Assembly (NCBI GenBank): GCA_963615025.1
Contig: CAVEFV010000002.1
Coordinates: 10,755-74,754 of the forward strand
Direction of reading: 5' to 3'
DNA from: Firmicutes bacterium CAG:95
GTDB lineage: Bacteria > Bacteroidota > Bacteroidia > Bacteroidales > Paludibacteraceae
Length of the DNA: 64,000 nt
The notes below the pieces were generated by a model that was not told the DNA's origin, did no database searches, and saw nothing but the letters and a program-made list of their open reading frames with translations. Shown piece by piece: positions 37,778-46,732 of the stretch; positions within the stretch are counted from its first letter, which is position 1; each line of letters starts with the position of its first letter. Made by a program: the position numbers and the translations under genes.

Positions 37778-38680
37778 ATGCGCATAACAATCGATAAACA
37801 ATCGGGCTTCTGCTTTGGTGTGGTGAAGGCCATCAGAAAGGCGGAGGAAGTGCTGCAGTCGGAAGGTCATCTCTACTGTTTAGGTGATATTGTACACAAT
37901 GCTGAGGAGGTGGAACGCCTCTCTCGTTTAGGTTTGGAGAGTATAGACTACAATACTTTCTGCAGTCTGCACAAGACGGCAGTGCTGCTCAGGGCACACG
38001 GAGAGCCACCGGAGACCTACCGGATAGCAAGAGAAAATAATGTGGAGATTATTGATGCCAGTTGTCCTGTGGTACGGAGTTTGCAAAGGAACATACGACG
38101 AACCTACGAACAGATACAGGCGGATGGAGATGGCGGGCAGATTGTTATTTTCGGGAAGAGAGGTCATGCGGAAGTGGTAGGATTGGAGGGTCAGACGGAT
38201 GGGAACGCGATAGTGGTGGAGTGTGTAGATGACCTTGTGAAGGTGGATATGCGTTTGCCTATATATCTGTTTTCGCAGACTACGAAGTCGGTGGGTGAGT
38301 TCATGGCACTTGTCGGAGAGATTGAGTATCGGCGCGAGACGGAAGGTGTGCGGGATGTTGTTTTTGAGTGGCATGACACTATCTGCGGGCAAGTTCGAAA
38401 CCGCATAGACCATATTGCCCAGTTTGCTGCGCAGAATGATGTAGTACTCTTTGTGGGAGGGGAGAACTCCTCGAACGGGAAGGTGCTTTATCTTCGGTGC
38501 AAGGAGGTGAACCGGAACACATTCTTTCTTTCGAGTGCGAAAGATATAACCCAAGCGATTGTGACGGCGGTGCAAGGGGCGGACAAGGTAGGTATATGCG
38601 GTGCGACCTCTACGCCATTATGGCTTATGGAGGAGGTGGCAGCAAGGCTGACAGAATGTCAGGGTATGGCAGAAGGATAA
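37778..38680 (+). CDS. ispH: 4-hydroxy-3-methylbut-2-enyl diphosphate reductase
   Basis: 300 aa. GFCFGVVKAI, DASCPVV and GGENSSNG motifs carrying the three cluster cysteines. Confidence 0.94.
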   Translation: MRITIDKQSGFCFGVVKAIRKAEEVLQSEGHLYCLGDIVHNAEEVERLSRLGLESIDYNTFCSLHKTAVLLRAHGEPPETYRIARENNVEIIDASCPVVRSLQRNIRRTYEQIQADGDGGQIVIFGKRGHAEVVGLEGQTDGNAIVVECVDDLVKVDMRLPIYLFSQTTKSVGEFMALVGEIEYRRETEGVRDVVFEWHDTICGQVRNRIDHIAQFAAQNDVVLFVGGENSSNGKVLYLRCKEVNRNTFFLSSAKDITQAIVTAVQGADKVGICGATSTPLWLMEEVAARLTECQGMAEG

Positions 38681-38716
38681 TTTAATACACACAACCAATA
38701 CATTAACTGAACAACT

Positions 38717-39700
38717 ATGGAATACAGAATCAGAACCATTGGAGTCCTCACTTCAGGTGGTGACGCACCGGGTATGAATGCCGCCATCCGCGCCGTGACA
38801 CGGACGGCTATTTACAACAGTATCCGTGTTAAGGCCATTTATCGTGGTTACAAAGGACTGATCACGGGAGAAATAAAAGAGTTTTATACCGAAGACGTGA
38901 GTGGTATTATCCAACGCGGAGGCACTATACTCAAGACTGCACGATGTGAGGAATTCCGCAGCGCAGAAGGACGCAAGATCGCCTACGAGACAATGCAACG
39001 CGAAGAGATTGATGCTTTGGTTGTTATCGGCGGAGATGGCACATTCACCGGTGCGCGTCTTTTTGCTCAAGAGTTTAATGTGCCTATTGTGGGCATACCG
39101 GGTACGATAGATAATGACTTGTGGGGGACAGATAGTACGATAGGGTATGATACGGCTCTTAACACGATTATGGATTGCGTGGATAAGATACGCGACACGG
39201 CATCTTCGCACGAGCGGGTGTTCTTTGTAGAAGTGATGGGACGCGATGCGGGATTCTTGGCACTTAACAGCGCATTGGCTGCGGGGGCTGAGGCTGCTAT
39301 TATCCCTGAGCGTAAGACACCGGAGGAACAATTAGAGACCTTTATTGGTAATGGCTTCCGTAAATCAAAGAGTTCGAGTATTGTTATCGTCGCAGAGAAT
39401 CCGACAACGGGAGGTGCGCAGGGTTTAGCCGATACGCTGAAGAAAAATCATCCGGAGTATGATGTGCGCGTGACGATTCTCGGTCACTTGCAGCGGGGTG
39501 GCAGTCCGACATCTTACGACCGTATACTTGCAAGCCGTATGGGTGTTGCGGCTATTAGTGCCTTGCTTGAAGAACAACGAAGCATTATGGTAGGGCTCAA
39601 GAACGATGATATTGTGTATGTGCCTTTCTCACAGGCGATAAAAGATGACAAGGATGTTAAGCCTGATAGTGTGCAAGCACTGCAGATACTGTCTATATAG
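38717..39700 (+). CDS. pfkA: ATP-dependent 6-phosphofructokinase
   Basis: 327 aa. [26 protein letters not shown] and [10 protein letters not shown]. Confidence 0.96.
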   Translation: MEYRIRTIGVLTSGGDAPGMNAAIRAVTRTAIYNSIRVKAIYRGYKGLITGEIKEFYTEDVSGIIQRGGTILKTARCEEFRSAEGRKIAYETMQREEIDALVVIGGDGTFTGARLFAQEFNVPIVGIPGTIDNDLWGTDSTIGYDTALNTIMDCVDKIRDTASSHERVFFVEVMGRDAGFLALNSALAAGAEAAIIPERKTPEEQLETFIGNGFRKSKSSSIVIVAENPTTGGAQGLADTLKKNHPEYDVRVTILGHLQRGGSPTSYDRILASRMGVAAISALLEEQRSIMVGLKNDDIVYVPFSQAIKDDKDVKPDSVQALQILSI

Positions 39701-39710
39701 CACAAGCATT

Positions 39711-41105
39711 ATGTCGTATCATCAATCAACAGCACTATTATTCATTTTAGCCATCTTTGTCGCATGTAACGGAGGTAATGTAATAGACGACCCGCGTCGG
39801 GAGGACTACGATACAACAAAGATTCACGAAGATACAACATGGGCGCGTGTTTCGATGCAGCGTTCTGTTACGGGTGTGCAGCCTATGACGGGATTAGTTC
39901 TTTGGACCGATTATGCAGAGGAATTGCATTCGAGATATGGTCAATCGATCTCGTTGGAGTATTCTTATTGTCTTCCCTGTAAAGTGGTTACGGGTAAGAC
40001 GGGCGATGAGATACAATACGATTGGTCTTCGTTCGACGAGATGTTAGATGGCATTGCCGCTCGTGGGCATCAGGCTATTGTGCGCTTTCGGTATGAGTAT
40101 CCGAGTGGTACGGATGTGGATGGCAAAAAGGGGACAACAGCAGTGCCTGCCTATATCAAAGCATTGCCCGATTATCACGAGACCTATAGCAAGAACCCTG
40201 GAGGTGACGGACCTACCTATTATGCTGACTGGAGTAATGCAGAACTGCAGTGGTTCACTACACAATTCTATACAGATTTCAACGAACGATATGGCAACGA
40301 TTCTCGTCTGGCTTTCATAGAAGTTGGTTTCGGGCATTGGTCGGAATACCATACCTATGGTACAGATGTTCAATTAGGAATCAATTTCCCCTCAAAAGCG
40401 TATCAAACAGCCTTCTTACAACATCTTGCCACAACAATGACTATCCCGTGGTCGGTAAGTATTGATGCTGCCGATACAGACTACTCCCCTATAACCGAGA
40501 ACAACATCTTGATGAACTTGAACTTCGGTTTGTTCGACGATTCATTTATGCACAAACAGCACGATAAAGTGCAAGGTGAGGGGTATAACGAAGAGTGTTG
40601 GCTCGCTTTAGATACCACCCGATGGAAAAGAGGCGTGTGTGGTGGCGAAATCAGTTATTATGCCGACAAAGACCAACGCAACTTCCTCAATCCCAATGGA
40701 ATGTATGGTGTTACATGGGAAGCAGCATCGGCCAAGTATCACATCACATTCATGATTGCCAACGATGCGCCTGAAACCACCTATGGAACCCCCGAACGCT
40801 TCAGAGAGGCAAGTATGCAATGTGGTTATCATTTCAAGGTACTCGACTGCCTGACTAACAGCACCGAGACAAAAGTCCTTGTCAAGAATACTGGCATTGC
40901 GCCACTCTATAGAGATGCCTATTTTTCCATCAACAATTCTCGCAGCGAAGAGTCTTTGCGCGGACTGCTGCCGGGTGAACGCAAACTAATTCTCATCAAG
41001 CAACCACTAACCAACGAGCAAGATTTGTGTATCGTGTCCGACGCTATAGGGACACAACAGAAGATTGAATATGAATGCAGCATACACGCCAAAGGGACTG
41101 AATAA
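39711..41105 (+). CDS. lipoprotein, glycoside-hydrolase-like TIM-barrel (DUF4832-like); function uncertain
   Basis: The ATG at 39711 gives MSYHQSTALLFILAIFVAC with a lipobox. FIEVGFGHWSEYH resembles GH-clan TIM barrels. Confidence 0.55.
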   Translation: MSYHQSTALLFILAIFVACNGGNVIDDPRREDYDTTKIHEDTTWARVSMQRSVTGVQPMTGLVLWTDYAEELHSRYGQSISLEYSYCLPCKVVTGKTGDEIQYDWSSFDEMLDGIAARGHQAIVRFRYEYPSGTDVDGKKGTTAVPAYIKALPDYHETYSKNPGGDGPTYYADWSNAELQWFTTQFYTDFNERYGNDSRLAFIEVGFGHWSEYHTYGTDVQLGINFPSKAYQTAFLQHLATTMTIPWSVSIDAADTDYSPITENNILMNLNFGLFDDSFMHKQHDKVQGEGYNEECWLALDTTRWKRGVCGGEISYYADKDQRNFLNPNGMYGVTWEAASAKYHITFMIANDAPETTYGTPERFREASMQCGYHFKVLDCLTNSTETKVLVKNTGIAPLYRDAYFSINNSRSEESLRGLLPGERKLILIKQPLTNEQDLCIVSDAIGTQQKIEYECSIHAKGTE

Positions 41106-42414
41106 AGAAGTACTGCGTCTCGCATTGCCGAGCATATTGGCAAGTGTCACCATCCCTCTCGTAGGAATGGTCGATACGGCCATCGTCGGACATATAGCAG
41201 ACGCTACGGCTATCGGTGGTATTGCTATTGGTACTATGTTGTTCGACCTGCTCTATTGGAACTTCGGCTTCCTGCGAGTCGGCACAGGGGGTATGGCGGC
41301 ACAAGCCTATGGCCGGAAAGATAAGGCTGCCATGTCCAATATCTTGGCGCAAAGTCTCGGTATCGCTTTTTCTGCCTCTCTGCTGATATGGGCATTGCAA
41401 TGGGTTTTCGTCAATTTGGTCTTGTGGTTCGTACCTTGTTCCGAAGAAGTATCTCTCTTTGCCCAACGCTATTTCTATGTGCGTGTATGGGCTGCCCCTG
41501 CCACTTTAAGCCTCTTGGCTATCAAAGGCTGGCTCATAGGCATGCAAGACACCATCGGTCCCATGATTTGCGACTTGGTGGTCAATGTCGTCAACATCGT
41601 TGCCAGTTACCTTCTCGCTGTCAAGACCCCTCTGGGTGCTATCGGTGTCGCATACGGCACCGTCGTGGCGCAATACACAGGACTTCTGGTTGCCTTTATC
41701 CTTCTCTATAAATACCGTACCGTCATCCGTACTCTCGACTGGAAACATTGTATCCGCTGGAGCGAAATGCGCAAACTCTTTGCTCTCAACAGCAATCTCT
41801 TTCTGCGCTCACTCTGTTTCATGATCGTCTATGTCGGCTTCACCACTATGGCGGCAAAGTATGGCGACGAAGAACTGGCAGTTAGCAGTATCATTATGAA
41901 ACTATTGCTGCTCTATTCCTACTTCCTTGATGGCTTCGCTTACGCAGGAGAGGCACTAACAGGCCGCTTCTTCGGAGAAAGAAACAAAACAGCATTGCGC
42001 AAGGTCGTCAGGATACTCTTCCTATGGACACTTGTCATAGGTGTTGTAAGCACCGTCATCTACGCCGTCGGAGGAGAATGGATGGTGCGTATCATGACCG
42101 ACAACCAAGAGATAATCAACTGCGCACGCAAATACCTTTTCTGGCTTGTACTCATGCCTCTCGTCAGTTGTGCAGCGTTCATCTGGGATGGTATCTATAT
42201 CGGAGCAACGGCGGGCAAAGAGGTCAGAAATTGCATGATATTCGCCGCCGTCGGGTTTATCATCACCTACTTCGCCCTCGAGAATAGGCTCTTGGTACAA
42301 GCACTCTACATTGCCTACTTCGTTCACCTCGTCATCCGTGCAGTCTATCTGACCATCAAATGGAGGTCTATCGAACGGCGCATCGAACTCAATGAAACGA
42401 TTCTAAATACATAA
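41065..42414 (+). CDS. MATE family efflux transporter
   Basis: 449 aa with 12 hydrophobic segments and an N-terminus LRLALPSILASVTIPLVGMVDTAIVGH. Overlaps the upstream gene by 41 nt. Confidence 0.88.
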   Translation: MNMNAAYTPKGLNKEVLRLALPSILASVTIPLVGMVDTAIVGHIADATAIGGIAIGTMLFDLLYWNFGFLRVGTGGMAAQAYGRKDKAAMSNILAQSLGIAFSASLLIWALQWVFVNLVLWFVPCSEEVSLFAQRYFYVRVWAAPATLSLLAIKGWLIGMQDTIGPMICDLVVNVVNIVASYLLAVKTPLGAIGVAYGTVVAQYTGLLVAFILLYKYRTVIRTLDWKHCIRWSEMRKLFALNSNLFLRSLCFMIVYVGFTTMAAKYGDEELAVSSIIMKLLLLYSYFLDGFAYAGEALTGRFFGERNKTALRKVVRILFLWTLVIGVVSTVIYAVGGEWMVRIMTDNQEIINCARKYLFWLVLMPLVSCAAFIWDGIYIGATAGKEVRNCMIFAAVGFIITYFALENRLLVQALYIAYFVHLVIRAVYLTIKWRSIERRIELNETILNT

Positions 42415-42420
42415 CTTACT

Positions 42421-43986
42421 ATGAAAAGAACATTCTTACTTTGGATCTCTTGCCTCGTTCTGACAAGCCTGTCCGCACAAGTCTGGAAAGCAGATACGGG
42501 AGATGGTTATTACCGTAACCCTATACTCTATGCCGACTATTCTGACCCCGATGTATGCCGTGTAGGCAACGACTTTTACATGACCGCATCATCTTTCAAC
42601 GCCGTACCTGGATTGCAGATTCTCCACTCAAACGACTTGGTACACTGGGAGATTATCGGTGCGGCTCTACCCGAAACCCTCCCCGGTACAGAGAACATCG
42701 AAGCACCACAGTATGGCGGATGTGTATGGGCTCCGTCTATTCGCCACCACGATGGAACTTTCTATATCTACTACGGCGACCCCGATAGAGGTATCTATAT
42801 GTTGCATACCAAAGACATACAAGGTCTATGGAGCGAACCTGTCCTTGTAAAAGCAGGTAAGGGACTTATCGACCCCTGTCCTCTTTGGGACAACGACGGA
42901 CGCGTCTATCTCGTCCATGCCTTTGCCGGTAGTCGGGCAGGACTGAAAAGTGTGCTTGCGCTTATGGAACTCTCACCCGATGGAAGCAAAGTCCTGCGGG
43001 ATAGCAAAATCATCTACGATGGTCACAAAGATAATCCCACCATCGAAGGACCCAAGTTCTATAAACGCAACGGCTACTACTATATCTTTGCGCCTGCAGG
43101 AGGAGTCAAGCAAGGGTGGCAGTTGGCTATGCGGAGCCGCAATGCCTATGGCCCCTACGAAACCAAAATAGTCTTGGAACAAGGCGAGACCGCTGTCAAT
43201 GGACCTCATCAAGGGGCTTGGGTCGATACCGAAGCAGGCGAAGATTGGTTCATCCACTTCCAGGATGCAGGAGTCTATGGGCGCATCGTCCACCTGCAAC
43301 CCATGTCTTGGGAGAGCGACTGGCCTGTCATGGGCAGATATGGTACTCCCGTCGCCAAACACAAGAAACCGATCGTAACTGCTCCTGTCAAACCGTGCTA
43401 TATAGCCGAATCTGACGAGTTCGACTCTCCTTCATTGGGACTGCAATGGCAATGGGCTGCGAATGTAAATCCCAAATGGTACTACTGCGATGCTGTTGCA
43501 GGCTACCTCCGCTTGTTCTCCTATTACTCGTCTTCTGCCAATACACCCAATGTCCTGCTGCAGAAGTTCCCCGCACCTGCCTTCCAAGTAACTGCTCGTA
43601 TGCGCTTCTGTCCCGATGCCAAACACAAAGGTGAACAGGCAGGACTCATTTTAGATGGACCGAAACCGGCGTATATGGTCATGAAGAATCTGGCAGACGG
43701 CATTGTACTGAGTTTCAAGGCAGAAACTTACAACATGGCTCTGGCAAGCGTCGAACCAAATGCATGGGTCTATCTGCGTATGCAGTGTAAACCCAAAGGG
43801 GAGTGCGTCTTCTCCTATAGCCTTGATGGGAAAAAGTTCAAGACCATCGCCATACCCGTTCAAGCCACACAACGAGACTGGATCGGTGCGAAAATGGGAC
43901 TCTTCTGTACCCGTGCCGCAGAGGGGAAGAACGACGGAGGTTGGCTCGACATCGACTATTGGCGGGTAGAACCTTTGCAAAAGTAA
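42421..43986 (+). CDS. glycoside hydrolase family 43 (beta-xylosidase/arabinofuranosidase-like) with C-terminal lectin-like domain
   Basis: 521 aa with a signal peptide. YRNPILYADYSDPDVCRVGNDFYMTASSF and the GH43 five-bladed propeller pattern (WAPSIRHHDGTFYIYY, IEGPKFYKRNGYYYIF). Confidence 0.9.
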   Translation: MKRTFLLWISCLVLTSLSAQVWKADTGDGYYRNPILYADYSDPDVCRVGNDFYMTASSFNAVPGLQILHSNDLVHWEIIGAALPETLPGTENIEAPQYGGCVWAPSIRHHDGTFYIYYGDPDRGIYMLHTKDIQGLWSEPVLVKAGKGLIDPCPLWDNDGRVYLVHAFAGSRAGLKSVLALMELSPDGSKVLRDSKIIYDGHKDNPTIEGPKFYKRNGYYYIFAPAGGVKQGWQLAMRSRNAYGPYETKIVLEQGETAVNGPHQGAWVDTEAGEDWFIHFQDAGVYGRIVHLQPMSWESDWPVMGRYGTPVAKHKKPIVTAPVKPCYIAESDEFDSPSLGLQWQWAANVNPKWYYCDAVAGYLRLFSYYSSSANTPNVLLQKFPAPAFQVTARMRFCPDAKHKGEQAGLILDGPKPAYMVMKNLADGIVLSFKAETYNMALASVEPNAWVYLRMQCKPKGECVFSYSLDGKKFKTIAIPVQATQRDWIGAKMGLFCTRAAEGKNDGGWLDIDYWRVEPLQK

Positions 43987-44008
43987 ACCCCAAGCCAACA
44001 ACCTCATC

Positions 44009-44036
44009 CTCGTGCCGTACTCCTGTGCGGCACGAG
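44009..44036 (+). terminator. terminator hairpin after the GH43 gene
   Basis: 9-bp GC-rich stem CTCGTGCCG/CGGCACGAG with a 10-nt loop and no clear U-tract. Confidence 0.5.
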
Positions 44037-44117
44037 TGATATATCTCCAAATCCCCCGTCCTGCACCCTCCTTAAAAGTAACCCATCGCCAACGCCCGTC
44101 ATTCCTATGTATTTCAA

Positions 44118-44172
44118 AGGTTTAATATAGGATGAATATAGGACGAATATAAGACGAATATAGGATGAATAT
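44118..44172 (+). repeat. 11-bp tandem array, locus 4 (5 units)
   Basis: Units in order: AGGTTTAATAT, AGGATGAATAT, AGGACGAATAT, AAGACGAATAT, AGGATGAATAT. Confidence 0.9.
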
Positions 44173-44271
44173 ATCATGATGTGACGAGGTATATACAAAA
44201 TTGTGACGAAATACGATACCTAATCCATACTTGTCAAATTGTAAATTATCCAATTGTCAATTCCATATACT

Positions 44272-44620
44272 GACTGCAAAACCATACCATGCTATGGCTC
44301 TCTTCACACCATCTCCATTTGCCCATCAAATGGATCATCGTTTATGCTCGCTGTAAAACCATACCATGCTATGGCTCTCTTCACACCATCTCCGTTTGCT
44401 TATCAAATGTAACATCGTTTATGCTCGCTGTAGAGCCATAGCGTGCTATGGCTCTCAACTCTCCTTCGCAGACTAAACAATATGTTACCCTCACACCTCT
44501 ATAATCCCCACCAATGCACAACCATCAACGATGCGACTTTCATATTGGCTGTAAAACCATACCATGCTATGGCTCTCAACTCTCCTTCACAGAACAAACA
44601 ATATGTTCCCGTTAAACCTA
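44272..44620 (+). repeat. REP-like hairpin array, locus 4 (4 head-to-tail units; spacings 79, 77 and 121 nt)
   Basis: Hairpins at 44276-44299, 44355-44378 and 44553-44576 are the degenerate variant AAAACCATACCATGCTATGGCTCT. The hairpin at 44432-44455 is the perfect AGAGCCATAGCGTGCTATGGCTCT form. Confidence 0.9.
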
Positions 44621-44712
44621 ATTAACCCTTTCAACCAATTAAACAACACTACTATAAACCCACAACTTTTCTCAATCTCGCAGAAACATTTGTACAACCA
44701 ACCAAAAATCTG

Positions 44713-44720
44713 TAACTTTG
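44713..44720 (+). promoter_or_regulatory. -7 promoter box TAACTTTG for the FKBP pair
   Basis: Exact TAnnTTTG, 45 nt upstream of the ATG at 44765. Confidence 0.5.
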
Positions 44721-44764
44721 CACGAATTTTGTAGTGTAAAACCAACAAAGACAAATAGACAATC

Positions 44765-45349
44765 ATGGATAAACTCAGTTACGCCTTAGGGGTAAGCATA
44801 GGACAAAACTTGAAAAGTAGTGGCGTCAACAAACTGCAATACCAAGACTTCGCACAAGGCATCGAAGATATTCTCTCGCCTAACCCAACCAAAATCACAA
44901 TGCAAGAGGCACAACAACTTTTGCAGAATTATTTTACACAGTTGGAGCAGGAAATCTCCGCCGCTGAAAAAGAAAGAGGCAAACAATTCTTGGAGGAAAA
45001 TGCCAAACGGCAGAATGTACACACTACCCCTTCAGGACTGCAGTACGAAGTAATCGAATCCACACTTGGCAGAAAACCCAAAGCAACCGACACTGTACGA
45101 GTACACTACGAAGGAACACTCATCGACAATACGCCGTTCGACAGTTCATATAAGCGAGGCGAACCGGTATCATTCCCACTTAATCAGGTCATCAAAGGAT
45201 GGACAGAAGGACTGCAACTCATGAGCATAGGCTCTAAATACAAGTTCTATATCCCCTACAACCTGGCGTACGGAGAAAGAGGGGCAGGACAGCAAATACC
45301 ACCCTATGCCACACTCATCTTCACCGTCGAACTGCTAAACATTGAATAA
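44765..45349 (+). CDS. FKBP-type peptidyl-prolyl cis-trans isomerase
   Basis: 194 aa. FKBP_N-like start (KLSYALGVSIGQNL) and C-terminal FKBP domain (VRVHYEGTLIDNTPFDSS...IPPYATLIFTVELL). Confidence 0.92.
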   Translation: MDKLSYALGVSIGQNLKSSGVNKLQYQDFAQGIEDILSPNPTKITMQEAQQLLQNYFTQLEQEISAAEKERGKQFLEENAKRQNVHTTPSGLQYEVIESTLGRKPKATDTVRVHYEGTLIDNTPFDSSYKRGEPVSFPLNQVIKGWTEGLQLMSIGSKYKFYIPYNLAYGERGAGQQIPPYATLIFTVELLNIE

Positions 45350-45371
45350 TTCTTAATAATATTATAAAGCA

Positions 45372-46634
45372 ATGAAAAAAATCGGAATTTCCTTATTGGT
45401 TCTTTGCATGGCAATGGTTTCTTGCAGCCATTCCTATGAGGTAAAGAAAATTCAATTGTCAGATCAAACAGATAGTATCAACTATGCATTGGGCTATCTT
45501 AATGGCTCACAAATCAAAATGTTCTACCTGGCTAATGATTCTAGTAAAGCAGTCATAAACGAGTTTATAAACTCCTTAACGAAAGGCTACGAGAAAAAAG
45601 AATCGCTCTCCCAAGTAGAACAAATGGGACAAGATTTAGGCATCTTTGTCAAACAAATGGAAAAAACAGGGCTCGCCGAAAATCCACGCTATCCTGTTAA
45701 TGAGAAAGCCTTCTTTCAAGGCATAGTCAATGGTATTCACCACGATACACTCATAATGAACGCAAATAACGCACGCCTATTTTATCAAACCAAACTAATG
45801 GCGGCGTACACAGATACTATCGGCCACAAAGATGTCAAACTCGTCAAAGGAAAATGCCCCAACAGAGTCAAATCTATCGCACTCAAGAATCTCATAGATA
45901 GCATCAGTTATGCTTTCGGCTATGTCAATGGTGATGGCATCGCACAAAATCTCTTGGTGAACGATACCACAGGCAAAGAATTCAAAACCCTGGTTAAATC
46001 CATCAACAAAGGACTGTCCTTCAAACGAGTAAATCCGGAGTTGGCACAAATGGCGAACAATATAGGCTCAACCATCGCCAAACAAGAGAAAGAAGGACAA
46101 CTCATCGGTATTGAAGGCATAGAAACACGATTCGAACTCATCAAACAAGGCTTCGTCAATGGTTTCTACGGCGATACTATTATGTTCACATTCCCACAGG
46201 CAAACGACTATCTGCGCAGCGCACTCAATGAGATACAGTTCGGAGAAATACGCCGCGAAGGAGAAGCCTTCCTGGAGGCTAACAAACTCAAAAAAGGAAT
46301 CATTACGACGGAATCAGGACTCCAATACGAGGTCTTGGTCGCAGGAAAAGGTGCCGTACCTACCAAAAACGATAAAGTATGCGTACACTACCATGGCACA
46401 CTCATAGATGGTACCGTCTTCGATAGTTCCGTAGAGCGTGAAGAACCCGCAGAATTTGGTGTCACGCAGGTCATTCCGGGCTGGACTGAAGCAATCCAAT
46501 TAATGCCTGTAGGCTCAAAGTGGCGACTCTACATCCCATATTATTTAGCCTACGGAGAAAGAGGCGCAGGACAACAAATATCACCCTACGCTACTCTCAT
46601 CTTCGAAGTTGAATTGCTCGGTATAGTCAAATAA
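45372..46634 (+). CDS. FKBP-type PPIase lipoprotein with duplicated N-terminal domain
   Basis: 420 aa with lipobox MAMVSC. Two FKBP_N-like segments (DSINYALGYLNGSQI and DSISYAFGYVNGDGI) precede the FKBP domain (VCVHYHGTLIDGTVFDSS). Confidence 0.9.
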   Translation: MKKIGISLLVLCMAMVSCSHSYEVKKIQLSDQTDSINYALGYLNGSQIKMFYLANDSSKAVINEFINSLTKGYEKKESLSQVEQMGQDLGIFVKQMEKTGLAENPRYPVNEKAFFQGIVNGIHHDTLIMNANNARLFYQTKLMAAYTDTIGHKDVKLVKGKCPNRVKSIALKNLIDSISYAFGYVNGDGIAQNLLVNDTTGKEFKTLVKSINKGLSFKRVNPELAQMANNIGSTIAKQEKEGQLIGIEGIETRFELIKQGFVNGFYGDTIMFTFPQANDYLRSALNEIQFGEIRREGEAFLEANKLKKGIITTESGLQYEVLVAGKGAVPTKNDKVCVHYHGTLIDGTVFDSSVEREEPAEFGVTQVIPGWTEAIQLMPVGSKWRLYIPYYLAYGERGAGQQISPYATLIFEVELLGIVK

Positions 46635-46663
46635 CTCTGAGCAACAAGCCGCAATCATACAAC

Positions 46664-46694
46664 AAGCCCGCTTCCCACATCGGGGAGTGGGCTT
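46664..46694 (+). terminator. terminator hairpin after the FKBP pair
   Basis: 13-bp stem AAGCCCGCTTCCC/GGGGAGTGGGCTT (two G-U pairs) with a 5-nt loop. Confidence 0.65.
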
Positions 46695-46732
46695 ATTGGT
46701 AAAAGAGAATACTGTTACCTTCAACCTGCACA

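Noticed and set aside
44272-44620. CRISPR-like appearance: ~28-37-nt repeats separated by ~40-nt segments.
   Set aside because: The 'spacers' are homologous to each other (e.g. ...CACACCATCTCC(A/G)TTTGC...ATCGTTTATGCTCG appears in consecutive units). Identical units recur at other loci in both orientations. The repeat is a perfect palindrome, and no cas genes or leader are present. It is a tandem repeat, not a CRISPR array.
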